Shown piece after piece: positions 63,224 to 64,000 of a DNA stretch of 64,000 nt. The stretch lies in assembly GCA_951406725.2 (NCBI GenBank), contig OX597828.1, positions 40,920,001 to 40,984,000 on the forward strand, in the 5' to 3' direction. Position numbers and translations under genes: made by a program. The first letter of the stretch is position 1. Each line of letters begins with the position of its first letter. The DNA comes from Octopus vulgaris. Its lineage: Eukaryota. The notes below the pieces were generated by a model. It saw nothing but the letters and a program-made list of their open reading frames with translations. It did no database searches and was not told the origin of the DNA.

Positions 63224-63555
63224 AACCGTCGACCCCGACATTTGACTGGTTCTTATTTTTTCGATTCCGCAACATCTAAACGATCAAAATATCCTATTTG
63301 AATTTTTAACACGTTTGACAGTCCTCTTTTTACATTCAGTTGTCATGATATTACAGCTCGTAGCCTCAAAATTTAACTTTTTCTCCGTTGTATATGAACT
63401 TATCTTAACTCACGAACTCCACTGAATCTAGCTAAATTTTATATTTTCTCCATAATTTCAACGAATATATCAAACAGCAGTTATTGCCAAATTGCCATTA
63501 GTCTCTCAATTTTTAACAAATCTAAAATTTGATTTTGATTTTATTGCCTAAATAT

Positions 63556-64000
63556 AATAATAATGAAATTATTGTATACAGTGCTCAGGTGCACCACAAC
63601 TTGTCAAAAGTATGTATAAAGCATATGCAGTAATGTACAAATGTCTGGGAGGTGAACAGTGTATGAGTCAGATACATGCTTGCGTGTGTATGGAGGGGAG
63701 ATAATCAGGTGTAGTGTTGGCGAATCTCAGGAAGCATGGAAGTCTTGAAGGATGCTGTGCTCCGACAACTAACAACTGATGCTGGCAGTTTGTTCCATGC
63801 TTCAGCAACTCTTAGCGTGAAAAAATGTTTCCGAAAGTCGTGGGAACTGTGCTGTTTTCTGACTTTGTAAACATGTCCACGGATGTTATACAGGTGGAGT
63901 TTGAAAAGGTGATCAGAGTTATTGTTTGTAAGATGGTTAATAATTTTATGGGTGTCTGCCAAGTCAGCTGCCAAACGTCGGAGTTTCAATGTATCCATAC
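63556..64000 (-). mobile_element. CR1-clade LINE 3' end, running off the window
   Basis: L..RR...DL...KI, RGH..K and RKHFFTLRVAEAWNKLP motifs of CR1 ORF2; (ATT)n tail near 63556. Confidence 0.9.

Overview
Eukaryotic, AT-rich, microsatellite-dense genomic DNA. The SINE, LINE and MITE families and the (TA)n/(CA)n/(TAGA)n load strongly resemble an octopus (coleoid cephalopod) genome; this is inference, not a database hit. The main gene is a complete + strand CUEDC2 orthologue: 8 coding exons from 9297 to 46916, about 289-295 aa, all splice phases consistent. Upstream (219-4446, +) lie three phase-compatible exons that look like the C-terminus of a second gene I cannot name; the last intron has a GC-AG donor. 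Near the right end is a speculative 3-exon minus-strand 89-codon ORF or lncRNA. The rest is TE debris: Tc1, mariner, hATm, hAT and piggyBac-type MITEs, RTE and CR1 LINE 3' ends, tRNA-derived SINEs and Penelope-like element (PLE) remnants. The most interesting signal is a set of type I hammerhead ribozyme (HHR) motifs in the PLE-derived sequence. Two have complete catalytic cores (6352-6427 and 52221-52280, both minus strand) and several are degenerate. One sits in an interleaved double inverted repeat that reconstructs to a circularly permuted unit of about 540 nt, i.e. a retrozyme-like element. Nearly all ORFs in the supplied track are microsatellite translations.
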